A stretch of DNA of 64,000 nt from Trichoplax adhaerens (Eukaryota > Animalia > Placozoa), in the NCBI RefSeq assembly GCF_000150275.1, contig NW_002060951.1:126775-190774 (forward strand), read 5' to 3'. The notes under the pieces are model-generated. The model ran no database searches. It saw only the letters and a program-made list of their open reading frames with translations, and was not told the DNA's origin. Both the position numbers and the translations under genes were made by a program. This document shows positions 41,192-54,000 of this stretch, in pieces; the stretch's first letter is position 1; each line of letters opens with the position of its first letter.

Positions 41192-44146
41192 ATGAAAATT
41201 TGGCTTTCAAACTCGGTAAGTATCTTTAGTATCAAATTGCTCCAAATCCAAATCTAAACTCAGCGATATTAGATCCTTTTATCGCTATGTTAGCTTTATA
41301 TTATAAATAAACAAAATCACTACTAAATGATTGATGCTTGAATAAATTAATTAAAAATATACCACAGCAGAATAGAATGTATGTGTAAAATACGAGCATA
41401 AAATCAAGCCGAAATATTAAAATTAAAATATCTAATAATTTTAATATCCAGTAATGAATGTTAGCATTACTTTTTTTTGAAAGTAAACATGGTATCTAAG
41501 ACACAAATTTATGAGATTGTATAAATAAGATGAATATATTAATTTCTGATATTCGTCATTATAGAAATTGCAGAGTGGCAAAAAGATGGTAAAGGAAAAT
41601 TGATATCGAATGGTAAGTTGATGACACTGGTGCAATGCGAAACTATCGTAAAGCAATCAATAGGTCTAGGCTATGATACCAAATAAACTAATATGAGTGT
41701 CTCACTCCTCGAAATAGTATAAAAATACATATAAGTACTTATGACGATATATATACGAGTGTATCAGCTACAGCTATATCCAAGAATGGACGTAGCCTAA
41801 TCATTCTTTAATATTACATGCGTTAAATGATACTTTAAATGCAGGATAAATTTACACATATTACTTTACTCTTTTCAATCTTTGTTGCCATGTAAGAAAT
41901 ATTATGCGTATAGCACAAATTAATTAAACTACCTATATAAGTATATATATATATGAACGTGACCGTATGCGAAGTATACATAGTATTATAAGAAACTAAT
42001 TAGTTTTCGTTCACTGAAACTGTCACTTTTTAGCTTATTCTGAAATTTGTCAGCTAGTTCAACTACTAACCCTTGAAGGCTTATCACAAGTATACAAAAA
42101 TGACGTCATAGCAATTCTTGATGATAACAAAGATGATAGTAAGCAAAATCGTGAGGGTAACGACGATAAATTAAGTTATAATGCATCGGAAGAGCAGAGA
42201 AAATGTAACCAATCAAAATTTAAAGCCAATCTGGATAAGATTTATCAACTAGGTCAGCCTTCTAATGAGGAAAAAATAACAGATGAAAGTAGACCTGCGG
42301 CAAAGCAGAGTAAAAGTAGCAACTCTAAGTCGTTATCGAAGCATAATCAGACTAAATTGCAGGAACAAGCTGGGCCAGAGAAAAATTTCAACGTATCCCT
42401 TCCAAGTAGCAGTAGTGGATGTAGCATCAATTCTAATAAAAATAGTAATCGGTATAAGCTAAATGATGATATGGACCACGGTGATAAGAACTCTCAATCA
42501 TCTAATTTAAAATCAAAAGATACTGACAAGAAAGTTAACGAAAGTGAGAAAATTAAAACCGAAATCGATGAATTGAAAGCTATAATTTCAGAAGGTACTA
42601 GTTGTAAATCACCATTTAGGCATGATTCTGTTGATTCTGAAAACAATTCTAACATTAGCTCATGTGGAGAACCGATAGAACTTGCAATTTGGCCATCAGA
42701 AAATAATAAAGAAAGAATATGTAGCTGTGATAAATGTGATAATTTCGCTCATAGCTATCCGTATTACTACTTTAAGCCATCTGTAGCAGGATCAAACTTA
42801 GTTATGAAACGAATATGCCCACATTCACGACCTATAACAGCATTAAATAAGTCACTCACAAATAACCAGCGAGATGATACGAAAAAAATTACGAACAAGA
42901 TATCACGAGAAGATTTTCAAGCTATCATGGAAAACAAGCCTGAGCAAAATATCAAGCGTAGAGTGAGATCAGCTAACTCTTTAAATCCCTATCATGCCAG
43001 TAGCTACCCAATTCCTCCAGCCACCCCATCATCTTCACCTCGCCCTCATTTATTAATGACAAACCAGAAACGAAAGTTTTCAGCAACATTAGGCAGATTT
43101 ATTAGCATAAGCAATCAGAATGATAAGACTAAATCAGATCAACAAATACTAGACCCCAGCCAATACCGAGAGAGGAATTATACAACTCCTTACCGCTTTA
43201 AAACCTTAATATCTGGCAATAAAGTACGGCTGCATCAATTGCGAATGAAAGCAAGTCCTTCCAAAAATTCTGTTAAGAAAATGTCTCCTAGTAGTCAGGA
43301 AATTCGTATAATCCAGGAACGTAAGGTAGATCTTACATGATTTAGATTTCCTTTTATTACTGGTAATAACTAACTAAATCGTATGACTTCATAATCAAAT
43401 AAGTCATTAAACTGAATGCAAACAGTATGTACTAATGTAATACCAATAATTTCATTTATCATTAAACGTAGTTTCAAGAAATAAGGGGACAGAAACATCA
43501 AAAAAATTCACGAATCAATAACGTCAAGCATTTGCAGCCTTTCCAGCTTAAGAAACAAACGCAATCCAAAGCAACTATCAATTTTCGTAAACAGTAAATA
43601 CTAAATACCCGTTAAAGTATAGGCGTGATTATAATCTTAATTATTCACTTATATTTAAATGATGCAAAAATCTACAGGTATTCATTCAAGAGCGAATTAT
43701 CTTGGATAAATTTATATTTAGGGATAATAACTCTGATCAATCAATATCTTGGAGTGTTCATGGCCAATGTCAAGAATATTATTCATGCTACGTTATGCCA
43801 TCAACGCTGCCTAGCCATAAGTTACCCATGAGGTATCGTATAACGTAAAAGCAAATCCTAATACCTTAACAATATAATTTGTTCCTAGCTTTTAGCAAAT
43901 TTAATTAGTCCATAGAACCTTCATAGATCATTAAAGAAATTGATCTGTTTTCTAGGATATCTATCTACAGTAGCTTTAAGTGCAACTTGCAGTATAGCAT
44001 TTCATATAAATTTATGCAATTCTTGTTGCCTATACTGTACGTATTATCTGGCATAATGTCGCCTTAAGGTGTAATGCTAAAATTTTATTTATCGACATTC
44101 AAGGCCAACTGCCTATCATGGATACTCTATTCCCTCACCTAGATGA
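41192..44146 (+). CDS. Uncharacterised Ser/Asn/Lys-rich protein (5 exons, start uncertain)
   Basis: A large open exon ~42055-43325 contains the 327-aa ORF. It splices in phase to exons ~43472-43593, ~43721-43832 and ~44104-44146 (…RPTAYHGYSIPSPR*). An upstream exon ending at ~41215 supplies MKIWLSNS, but another first exon at ~40956 is possible. No recognisable domain. Confidence 0.65.
41954..41973 (+). repeat. Dispersed 20-mer TGAACGTGACCGTATGCGAA (copy 2 of 2)
   Basis: Identical to 1146-1165; follows a (TA)n run. Confidence 0.85.
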
Positions 44147-44281
44147 TAAGTAAACTGGTTATAGAATGGCACTGCCGTATCTTATAGATCTAGCCGTGGA
44201 CCCTTCAATAAGTTCTCATGATATTATTTTACACTACTTATAGTAGACCTATTAAACTATTAGCTAAAAAATGTTATACGC

Positions 44282-44494
44282 CGGTTTAATAATGAATTAT
44301 TCAAACGGAATCTTCGCAAATTTCTTTCTCAAATTAGAGCACTAGAACTTCAAGTTGATATGCCTTTTATTATATTATCAATAGTGTTAAGCGACGGTTT
44401 AATAATAAATTATTCAAACGAAATCTCCACAAGTTTCTCAACTATTTCTTTCTTAAATTAGAGCACTAAACCTTCGAGTTGATATGTCTTTCAT
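44282..44494 (+). repeat. Diverged tandem duplication, ~112 bp period
   Basis: cggtttaataatRaattattcaaacgRaatct...tttcttYaaattagagcacta...cttcRagttgatatgYcttt occurs at ~44282 and ~44395. Confidence 0.9.
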
Positions 44495-47152
44495 AACCAA
44501 TAATTCATTTGAATTCTTTATTAATCAGTCAGTGACTACATGTAAGAGTATCTTCACAAGCTTTAAATTATAAGTAATCACTTTACTTATCATATTTAAA
44601 AATGAATCATTAACGGTATCTCAATACTATTGTTATGGTTTCAATTAAAACGCTTGCGTAAAAATTAGAGCACGTCTTCAGGATATTATCATATTATCAG
44701 GAAATGAAATATAAATACAAAAAAACAGATCTTATCATAATTTGCTAATAATTCGATAAACTAATTGAAAATATCTATGTTTAAAAATTCAATCGCTAAC
44801 GGTCATATCACATTCTATCAATGTGCTTCCGTAAGATAAAGATATATTATTATAAATATTGAACTAATGTTAACGAAATCTTTTTGATGCTATTACCATT
44901 ACGAAATCAAAGCTATACTTCTCTTTCATCCTTTTTACTTCCTTTTATCCATTACCATAATATAAAATTAATGCTACCTTAAGAACTATGTCACCACTTA
45001 CAATATTTAAATGTTTATTATATTTTAATAACAAATCTTCTATGATCTTGGGAAAATACTTTTAAAAGATCGGAATAAAGGGCAAGTCATCTTGCATAAT
45101 GAAATGACAAATTTTTATCGTGCAATCCTGCCGATTCTAATTTATGATTTTATTATGTCTCTCTTTTATGATAAGAAGAAATTCCATAAAGAGTTACAAA
45201 TTTAATAGATTGGTATTAGAAAGACTAATCAGGGTGTAGCTTTCACAGACCATTTACGCATTTCTCTCTCAGCTCAAGTCTGTAGATAGCTATTATCATA
45301 GCGCATGTAAGTAATTAAATTCTCACATGTTGAGCTGAGCTCATACTAACCGAATTCAGACTAAAATGACTGATTTATTTACTAAGATTGCTACTCTATA
45401 TAGCGGACCTGCTTGAACTAAAATATCGTAAAGAGGCTCTAGAGCAGCTGCTGCTATTTCCTCAAAAGTACCCTTTGTATGTGTGTAGCAGTTTCAGCTA
45501 ATTACAGTAGTAATTGAAGTATGGCAGCATTAAGACGTAGAATAGTCTACTATACTTATAAGGTAATTTCATGATTGCTGATGATGAAACGGTGTAGTTA
45601 TACTATTCTTACAATGTGTGTATATACGGCCGCAGTAGTCGGATATGTGAGGCGATGTTTTTGTGCAGCGTCTTGATATAACTGTTAGATAATATGGAAT
45701 TGGTATCGGGAGACGAAGTCGATTATCCGATTTATCGTAGGCGCTTTCGACTGTTATTATGAGGGAAGAAAAGTGGATTCTTCTCTTGTCAAGCGTTCTA
45801 TTAATAAACGGATATTTTTAAGGTTAAACACGGTGTTTGTCTGATCTTGTGTCACGTTAGAGATTTACTCAATTTTAATAACTCAGATTTTGAGTTAGAC
45901 GATTGCGAATCTAAGGGATTATAAAACCCAAGCACTACATAATTTGGCGCCGCGAGTAACGTAGTTATTCTGTGTCATAGATACTGCACTAATCTTAGTA
46001 CTTTTGAGGAGGGAGGGAGCGTTATGGATTTATTAAAACGAGCACTGCACGGCATATATGACTATAAAATAGAGAGACAAATAGGCTAATTACGAACATC
46101 TAATACCCAACAAAATCTCATACAGAATTAACTTAAAAGAGACTTTTGATATTTATGTACCTTTCATCGATAAAATTTGATAACTTTATAGTCATAAATT
46201 TGATATTGTCCGTAAAATACTTCCTTTACAGCATCCTTTAGATCTGGTACTGTCAACTCTCATACTTTGATTAACAAATTAAATTTTTGTGTTGCAATAT
46301 TCTTTAATTAGCTTTTAATAATAATTATAATCGTCGCAACTATGAAACTTTATCAATATTGGGGCAATCTTGTACGTCTGATTAATAAATCGTTAGATAT
46401 GTTAAATATGACTAATTAGCGGAATTATTGCACTAATCATATTCTATATTTCGATACTGTCCTAATGAGTCATTCTATTAGACTATTTATCAATTAATTG
46501 ATATAACGTAAGTCGATATGAAAATACGTACTTAGCTATTAGTCCAGTAACTATGATATCTCGTGGGCAATCTTTAAGTGTTTAAATACTGTCTTGACCA
46601 TCTGATTTACGATCTGGGGTTTAAGCTAGTACGTATACAGCGGAATATTATCTCGATTAAAGAATCTATTGATACCATAGCTTGAGCAACATCCTTAAAA
46701 GTCATATTCTAATTCTGTCCTAATTAGACAATCTATTACTTGTCATATGTGTAAGGTCAGCTCTTTAAATAATAGAACACTGACTCAATTAGCAATCTAT
46801 TTTAAAAATCTCGAGGTCAATCTTCAATGCTAGTATGCTATTTTGGTCATTCAATTTATCATTCGCGATATCTCAATACGTATCTTTCGAATCGGTTTTA
46901 TAATATCATCTTCATCAGAAGATCAATTTTATAATAGGTTCATCAAGATTAATTCTTTACATATAGAAACACTATCTGGATTAACAAACCTATTACGTAC
47001 ACTATCTCAAGGTCAATCCTACAATATTGAAACACCATCTTGATTATTCAATTCATTACTTATAACATCTACATTCAAAACGTCCATTTTCGAAGACTGC
47101 TTGATTTAATGATTCGAGGGCATTCCGTTTATTTTACCTTGTAAGGTAGAAA

Positions 47153-48757
47153 ATGGATACGCCGAAATCAATTTGCAGGACCGAGACCATCTATAGAAAT
47201 AAGGATATTGTTAATGTTTTCTTTACAATGATTGAAGAATGTAATGGCGATCAAAACACAGTTCGTCGCTATCGTTGTAGCTGCGGAACAATTCGCAAGC
47301 AAAATACTCGTTATGGCTACACTAATTTAATCAATCATATTTACCGTAGTCATGTAGATTGGCGCGATGTCATGGCTTCAGTTTATGGCTACTATACTTC
47401 CAAAGATAACCGAAAATCCATTTCCAATCAATTCCTTAATAATGCTTTTGTGTGGATTGAATGGATAGTAATGGAAAATCGAGAAATTTGGCTATCAGAA
47501 AGTAAATGGACCAAAAAAAATACAATGTTAAAAGATGTTTCCACAACAATTATTATAAAATACATTGCACTACTAGCAAATGAAGTTGAAAAGATTTTGA
47601 CGCAAAATTTATCTGATCGCTTAGGCATTGTAATAGATGATAAAGTAGATGATTCTAGTCAATACATTGCAATTTATGCCTTCAATTCACAGCAAAATCA
47701 AGAACAAGAAAATCCAGAAAAACATCCACAACTCCATTACTACCTATTAGATATATTACATCCAATTGTTCACGACTTATCGACAGAAAACTTCCGTAAT
47801 TTAATCTGTTCCATCCTGCACCGTTATTCCAAAGATTTCAGTTGCATTTCCTATTTTGTAGGTGCAACATGCGAGAAGAATAAAGCCCTTGCTGAAAGTA
47901 TCGGTAAACCGTTAATTGCTTGTGCATGTTACCGTTTAAACTTAGCTATTAAACACTACCTAGGTGAAGAACAGTCCTTAATTAACCGTCTATTAGTCTT
48001 TATGACAAAACTAAACAATACCAAGATGATGGCATCGTTACAAAGAACTGGAAATTTGGCTGTCATATTAAGTAAGACGATGCAATGGTCATCCACCTTT
48101 CAAATGATTAGTCATTATTTCGAGTTAAAGCCCTATTTAGACCTTCAAGATCCTGAGTTAGCCAAGTTACTGCCATCGCCTAAAGACGATGTTAAGTTAA
48201 CGGAAAAGATGAAAGATTTAGCAGCATTTGAATCAGTCTACCACAAATTACTCTACTCGCGTGATATTGATCATAATACTTTACGACAATTATTTGACGC
48301 CTTGATCCGACAATTCCCTCAACTCGACCTCTACCTAGCCGCAGATTCAGTGTGTGTTTATAGTGTTGCTTTTGAAACAGGAATTGCCAAAATTATTACG
48401 GGACAAGAACGGAGTTTGACAAAAGATGAACAGGAGGTTTGCCAACCCTTTAGAGTTACAGACGATACTGCGGATAAATCTGCTATGGATTCTATTATAA
48501 ATGATAACCTCTCGTTTGCTGAGAAGGTCTTGTCAAAGCAAACATCGAAGGTAACGAAGTCTTCCGCATATGAAGATGTATCTTATATACCAGTTATGTC
48601 CACTGTAACTCAGCAATTAACCCGTAATAATATCATTGATCTAACTAAGAGCAATGATGTCATGAATCCCATTTACTTACGGTGTATCTTTCTAAAGCTG
48701 AATCGCCGTTTGTGGGATTTACCATTACTCAAGAAAGTAGTTCACAGATCAACTTAA
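47153..48757 (+). CDS. hAT-transposase-derived protein with BED zinc finger; predicted catalytically inactive (domesticated)
   Basis: Intact intronless 534-aa ORF. BED finger: YRCSCG...GYTNLINHIYRSH. hAT core blocks: WIEWIVMEN, GIVIDD, YFVGATC, ACACYRLNLAIK, TMQWSSTFQM, FESV..KL and a C-terminal dimerisation-like IFLKLNRRLWD. No TIRs or TSD were seen. Confidence 0.85.
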   Translation: MDTPKSICRTETIYRNKDIVNVFFTMIEECNGDQNTVRRYRCSCGTIRKQNTRYGYTNLINHIYRSHVDWRDVMASVYGYYTSKDNRKSISNQFLNNAFVWIEWIVMENREIWLSESKWTKKNTMLKDVSTTIIIKYIALLANEVEKILTQNLSDRLGIVIDDKVDDSSQYIAIYAFNSQQNQEQENPEKHPQLHYYLLDILHPIVHDLSTENFRNLICSILHRYSKDFSCISYFVGATCEKNKALAESIGKPLIACACYRLNLAIKHYLGEEQSLINRLLVFMTKLNNTKMMASLQRTGNLAVILSKTMQWSSTFQMISHYFELKPYLDLQDPELAKLLPSPKDDVKLTEKMKDLAAFESVYHKLLYSRDIDHNTLRQLFDALIRQFPQLDLYLAADSVCVYSVAFETGIAKIITGQERSLTKDEQEVCQPFRVTDDTADKSAMDSIINDNLSFAEKVLSKQTSKVTKSSAYEDVSYIPVMSTVTQQLTRNNIIDLTKSNDVMNPIYLRCIFLKLNRRLWDLPLLKKVVHRST

Positions 48758-51050
48758 CTGAAATATAAGAGTCCAGAAAGCTTGCTCTGTGGCTTACTCT
48801 GTGGCATCATTTTCTAACCTAATATATAAATCTGTAAATTGTCAACAGTAATCAATTTATAATTAATTTGTAGGGGAAATCTAGCTATATAATTTACTAG
48901 CTCAAATTAATCAGTTTATTGATTCATTTACAAGCAAAATCAGAATCTAAGGTCTACAATCACAATACTGGTATGTTATTCTGCGCTATTGAAAGATGTG
49001 GTGCAAGAATCTGTAATAAAATCAAGTTAACCAATGAACTTGCTCTACTTTAGATATCGCATATTCGAAACTTGGCTTATAAATCGCTGGTTTATGTAAT
49101 TAATTGATTCCTTACAGGTATATGAATCACTGATATATTATTATCTAACATGATGTACTCATCTATTTACAGTAGAAAGGAAAACTGATTCATCTATTGA
49201 TAGTAGTAGGAAAAATCGAAAAATCACGCTATTTAATTTACTGGCTCTCGTAAATTCTTCTGCATTTTCTTTAGATTTGATGTTAGAATTAGTTGATGTA
49301 AAAATTTGTCTGTTGATAGTGGAAATTAATTGATTAATTGGTTAAGTTGTACGTAAATTAGGATCTCGAGATATGAGATACACTTTAGCTTGTGTTACTG
49401 AACGCTACCTTTTAACTTGATTTAGTTTAATATAATCCTATTGTATCGTATACTTATTTTAGTCACAAGGAAAAAATTATAGCATAAAATTTATTAACCC
49501 TCACTGGGTGAAAAAAAATCGCAACGTTAGTGTTAAAGTAACAGATAAATTTACTAATATTACAACCAAGCTACCACAAAATTGATTACCATTGAATTTT
49601 CATAATCACTAATTGTCGTAGTAAAAATAAACTTCTAATTTGACTACATTGCTCGGTATGTCCTATTTCGAAATGTACATTAAATCAAAGCATAGTACAT
49701 CACAAATAGAAATCCTTCATTTCGTTTCATATTGCTTCTTATAGCATTAAACCAATTTTTTCGATGCAAGTAAAAAGCAAATTAAGCGCCACATCAAATT
49801 ACAACCACAAAATGTAATAAAATGTTATCAGATTAACTTCAGATTTGTAATCATGTATACTTATCGAGACGAAAAGCGATATCGATATCATTAAATCAAC
49901 TTTACGTTATCACATTTGATTTGCTAGGTAGCATGAACTACATAGGCGAAAAAAATTGATAAATATCATCGGATTAATCTTAAGCTACTCTATACAATCT
50001 AATAATTGTTGCAAAAAACGGAAGATAAAAATCTTATTAAATAACTTTAGACGACAGTATTAAACTAGATTCATAATCTATTTCATCAGGCTATTAAGAC
50101 GAAAAATCTTTAAATATCATTGTATCAATCTCAATACATCCTACTTGATTCATTAGCTGCTACACCGGGCTATTTAAACAAAAGATGTTCAAATAGTACT
50201 TTATCAACAAACGACTATCCTATTCGGTTGAAGAAATATTTTATCAGGTTAATAATGCTTCAATATTAATAGTATTAGCTCAGTTTCAAATTATCTCATC
50301 TAGCTTATAATCTAGTTAAGAATGCGCTACGTTCAAATTCTATTTGACATAAAATTAATTAATTGGATAAGCCAAAGTTAAAATTCAGCCAGTAGACAAA
50401 TAGGGATAGCTGAGATTTTCGTCGACAAATCTATCATAAGCTTAGTTAAATCTTCAGTATTCTACAGAAGTATCTGTGACTAAATCTTTCTATATGGGCT
50501 GTTATGAAATGAGATTTTAGTTAGTTATGTTGATGCAGTCTCTATAGTATTAGCTCACTACAACTTTAACTTATTCTGTTTGACTATAGTAGCACAATCA
50601 TTTAGGCATAAAATTTGCAGTATGTAAGTTCATAGAAGAGATTATTGATTAAATAGTTGCCTGAATGCATTCTGATGTGTTATCATTTGTTATGAATTAC
50701 ATATCGGCTGTTATCCTATTTGCAACAATACTATCGCATTCGTTGGTATTAGCAATATGCCGCTAGTAAACCGTTAGCTTTGTTCGACTGTATAACGGTA
50801 TAGTATGGACAATAAAGTTTAATTCAATACTCTAGCTCTACTGGACTCGTCTGGAGATTTCTAGCAAATCTTCCTTGTTAAAAAGTGCAAGATTTTCGAA
50901 AACGTAACAATGGCATTATACAGGATGAAGTAATTGGCTAACATTTTACTTCCGGAGACAAGATGAATATCCTATCAGCCCGAAGTAGATAGAAACAAAG
51001 CCTCAAAATATAGAAGAAATGCCCATTTAAAGTAAGAAAAGATTGTAAAC

Positions 51051-54000
51051 TTAAAATCTTTCTGTAGTAACCCAATGGGTATCTGGATTTCTTTTAAATT
51101 GATCAACCCAAAACATAATCTTTTCTGCAGTCAGAGGATATTCTTTATCCTCAACTTCAATTTCTTTCTCCATTGAGAGTGGAGGATAAAATGCAGCACG
51201 CCTATGATTATTCCAGTATAGAATGCAAAGACGAGGATAGCGATAAAGTAGCGGTTTGAAATCATCGCCATAGATTCGGTATTCTGTCAAAATTAATGGA
51301 TAATATGATTATGTATGCTAGCTGAAGCAGTCTTTCAGATATGATAAGGGCACATATTACAACATTTATCTTGTCGCGCAAAAGATTGATTAACGCGGAT
51401 CGAAATGTTACGATAGCTTTAGTGAATATTGTATATCAATAAAAATGATAAGCTACGAGTGTAGTAAGACAATTATAATTAGCTCTTGAAATCTATCCAG
51501 CTTACTCTTTATTTGTTCTTTATGATAGCCAATGGGAACAAACTGTGAAGCCCAAGTTGGAAATTCTTCTACGTTTAATAAAGTAATGGCAACTTTTTGA
51601 TATAATGCATAGGCAGCTTTTAATAATTCCTATTTGTCGAGAATAGTATTAAATTAAAATAAATTATAATAAAGCTTTATTAAGTATTAGTAGGATAAAA
51701 ATGATAGACTATATGGATAAATGAGGGCAATAATCAGAATATACGACTGCACTTCTTAAAAAAATAACATACCTTGTAAAATGTACTTGACTCTTGAGAA
51801 TCTACTTCATTGACTATAGCAACCAGAATTGGCTCATCAGGAGCAAATGCAGCATGATAACCTGCGCCTTTACTTCCAATTCTAGTATGATATGAAATAA
51901 TACATAATTGAATTTGGGTTAATGAATCTTCATCAGCGTTGTCTATATAAGCTAATTATGCCCGAACTATGATTTAAAAGGACTTAAGTTAGTGTTAACT
52001 CAATTTACATCCCTTTATAAATGATCTATCTTATCGAAATTATACCAAGTGAGCCAGAAATGAGCAAATTTACGTTAATCTATTTAGATGCCTATTAAAC
52101 TGATCATGTACGATGTTATGTTTGACCATGGACTATTAGAAGAAGACTAGGTCTTCTTCCAGTAGTCCATGGTTTAACTAACAGCAACAAGACTCGACTA
52201 AAAATATCTACTAAAATCAACATTAATCCACTATTTTTACTGATAGAATCTGATTCTATTCAGCTAAAAGCTAAGAAAAATAATTTATAAATAAATCAAA
52301 AATTAACATTAATCTAATCTATGCCTTACTTGAAACTGATTTAATCCACGATTTAATGTAATGCTAGTTATGTTAAATTAATATTATAATCCATTTTATA
52401 GGCATACTATATGCAGGCTTATTAAAAGCTATGGTAAATAGAATAAGCTAAATAAGCATTTTTTTGAGGATTGAAAAATTGATCAAATTGGATTTAAGAT
52501 TAAAAATAATGAGCTAGAACTGCATTAATCTTTTTCGGGCGCAAACTTGATCTGCTTATGTCTAAGTTAAAATATTACAATAAAAGCAATATTTGCGGCA
52601 GCTGTATTTCAACTAAATATAGTATTACTTACACTCTTCTGATATGGAAAGATTCCAAAGTAATATGAGTTATAGGCAGTCTCATATGATCAATAACAAA
52701 AGATACAATATGATCTGTGCACTGAGGGTAATTATCTTCACAGCGAATTTTTGGAGAAATTTTATATCTGAAAGATGAGTAAATTTTTAAATTAGATAAA
52801 AGCTTTAACAATTAATTATCCCCGGTCATAATGACTAGCTATTTAGATTTCTTGAAATAGTGTATTGTTTTATATCGGGAAAGTAAATAAAATCACTAGA
52901 GGACACATCAATTTCCTATTGTTAGTGCTTATGATTGAGAGCAATTTGAGGGTTTTAAAGAAAGTACTAGGTTAGGTAGCAGCTTTAAAAATTTAATTTT
53001 TCGTTTTGTTATCTAGATACCTCTTTTGATGAGACTTCTTCTAAACTAGATACTATTAATAATTAAATTTATCTCTTTATCTCTTTATCTCTTATGTGAT
53101 TATCGAAAGTGTTAATATCATTTCATCAACAAACAGAACTAAACTACTTACCTGTGAGGAGCATGAAATCGATGGATCGCATTCTTACTTTCATCTTCAA
53201 TCGTTTCGGCAATGGAACGGCCATGCGTAATAATATTAGCAGTAACCTGATCTTTTCTCTCCATATTAATCTAATTATTAATTCATTTTGTCACATTTTT
53301 ATCTATGTCATAAGATTCCTTCCCCATATATTAGAAGGATGTGAAATCTTTTACTGACATGTTAATAAAATTTTATTTACTTTACCTCCGATATAGCCAT
53401 TGGGTTCTGACCATCACTATCTAACCAAGCAATTTTGTTACTTCGCTTATAATAGCAATCGACTTGCCCGTATATCCTTTCACAAGCTAGTTGGAAACAT
53501 TTTAATGGATACCATGTCTTCTTTTGGCTGTATAGAAAACTTTTAGCTCTATTTTGGGGATATACCGTAGCTACTAGTCGCACATCTTTGCTCTAAAATT
53601 ACATTGCAATGTAAATATTATTAAAGCAAAGCTGGTAACTAACTTAAGCTTTCCTCTCAGCTATCATAAATTGCATTTCATAACAAATAAAACTCAAGAT
53701 ATCCTACAGTTGACCTATAATTGTATTTTATAACTACGTATAAATTACCATAGCAGATAGTTTTACTTTGTCCATTCGACTTTTCCATGGCATTGTGTTA
53801 GATATTGTAGACTTGGAAAACCAATCCATGACATACTTAGTCTGTCAGATTAAATAAGAAGAAAAAAGCATTAAATCAATTATAAAATTCATATTTATAT
53901 GATGTACCTAGATAAGATCAAATATAGGCTAGAGAATGTTTACCTCAATGGGTCCATGGTAATCCAGTCTTATATATGGAGAATCAGTAGCAGCCTTTGA

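Noticed and set aside
46800-49100. Active autonomous hAT element
   Set aside because: No TIRs or 8-bp TSD were seen, and catalytic residues are substituted.
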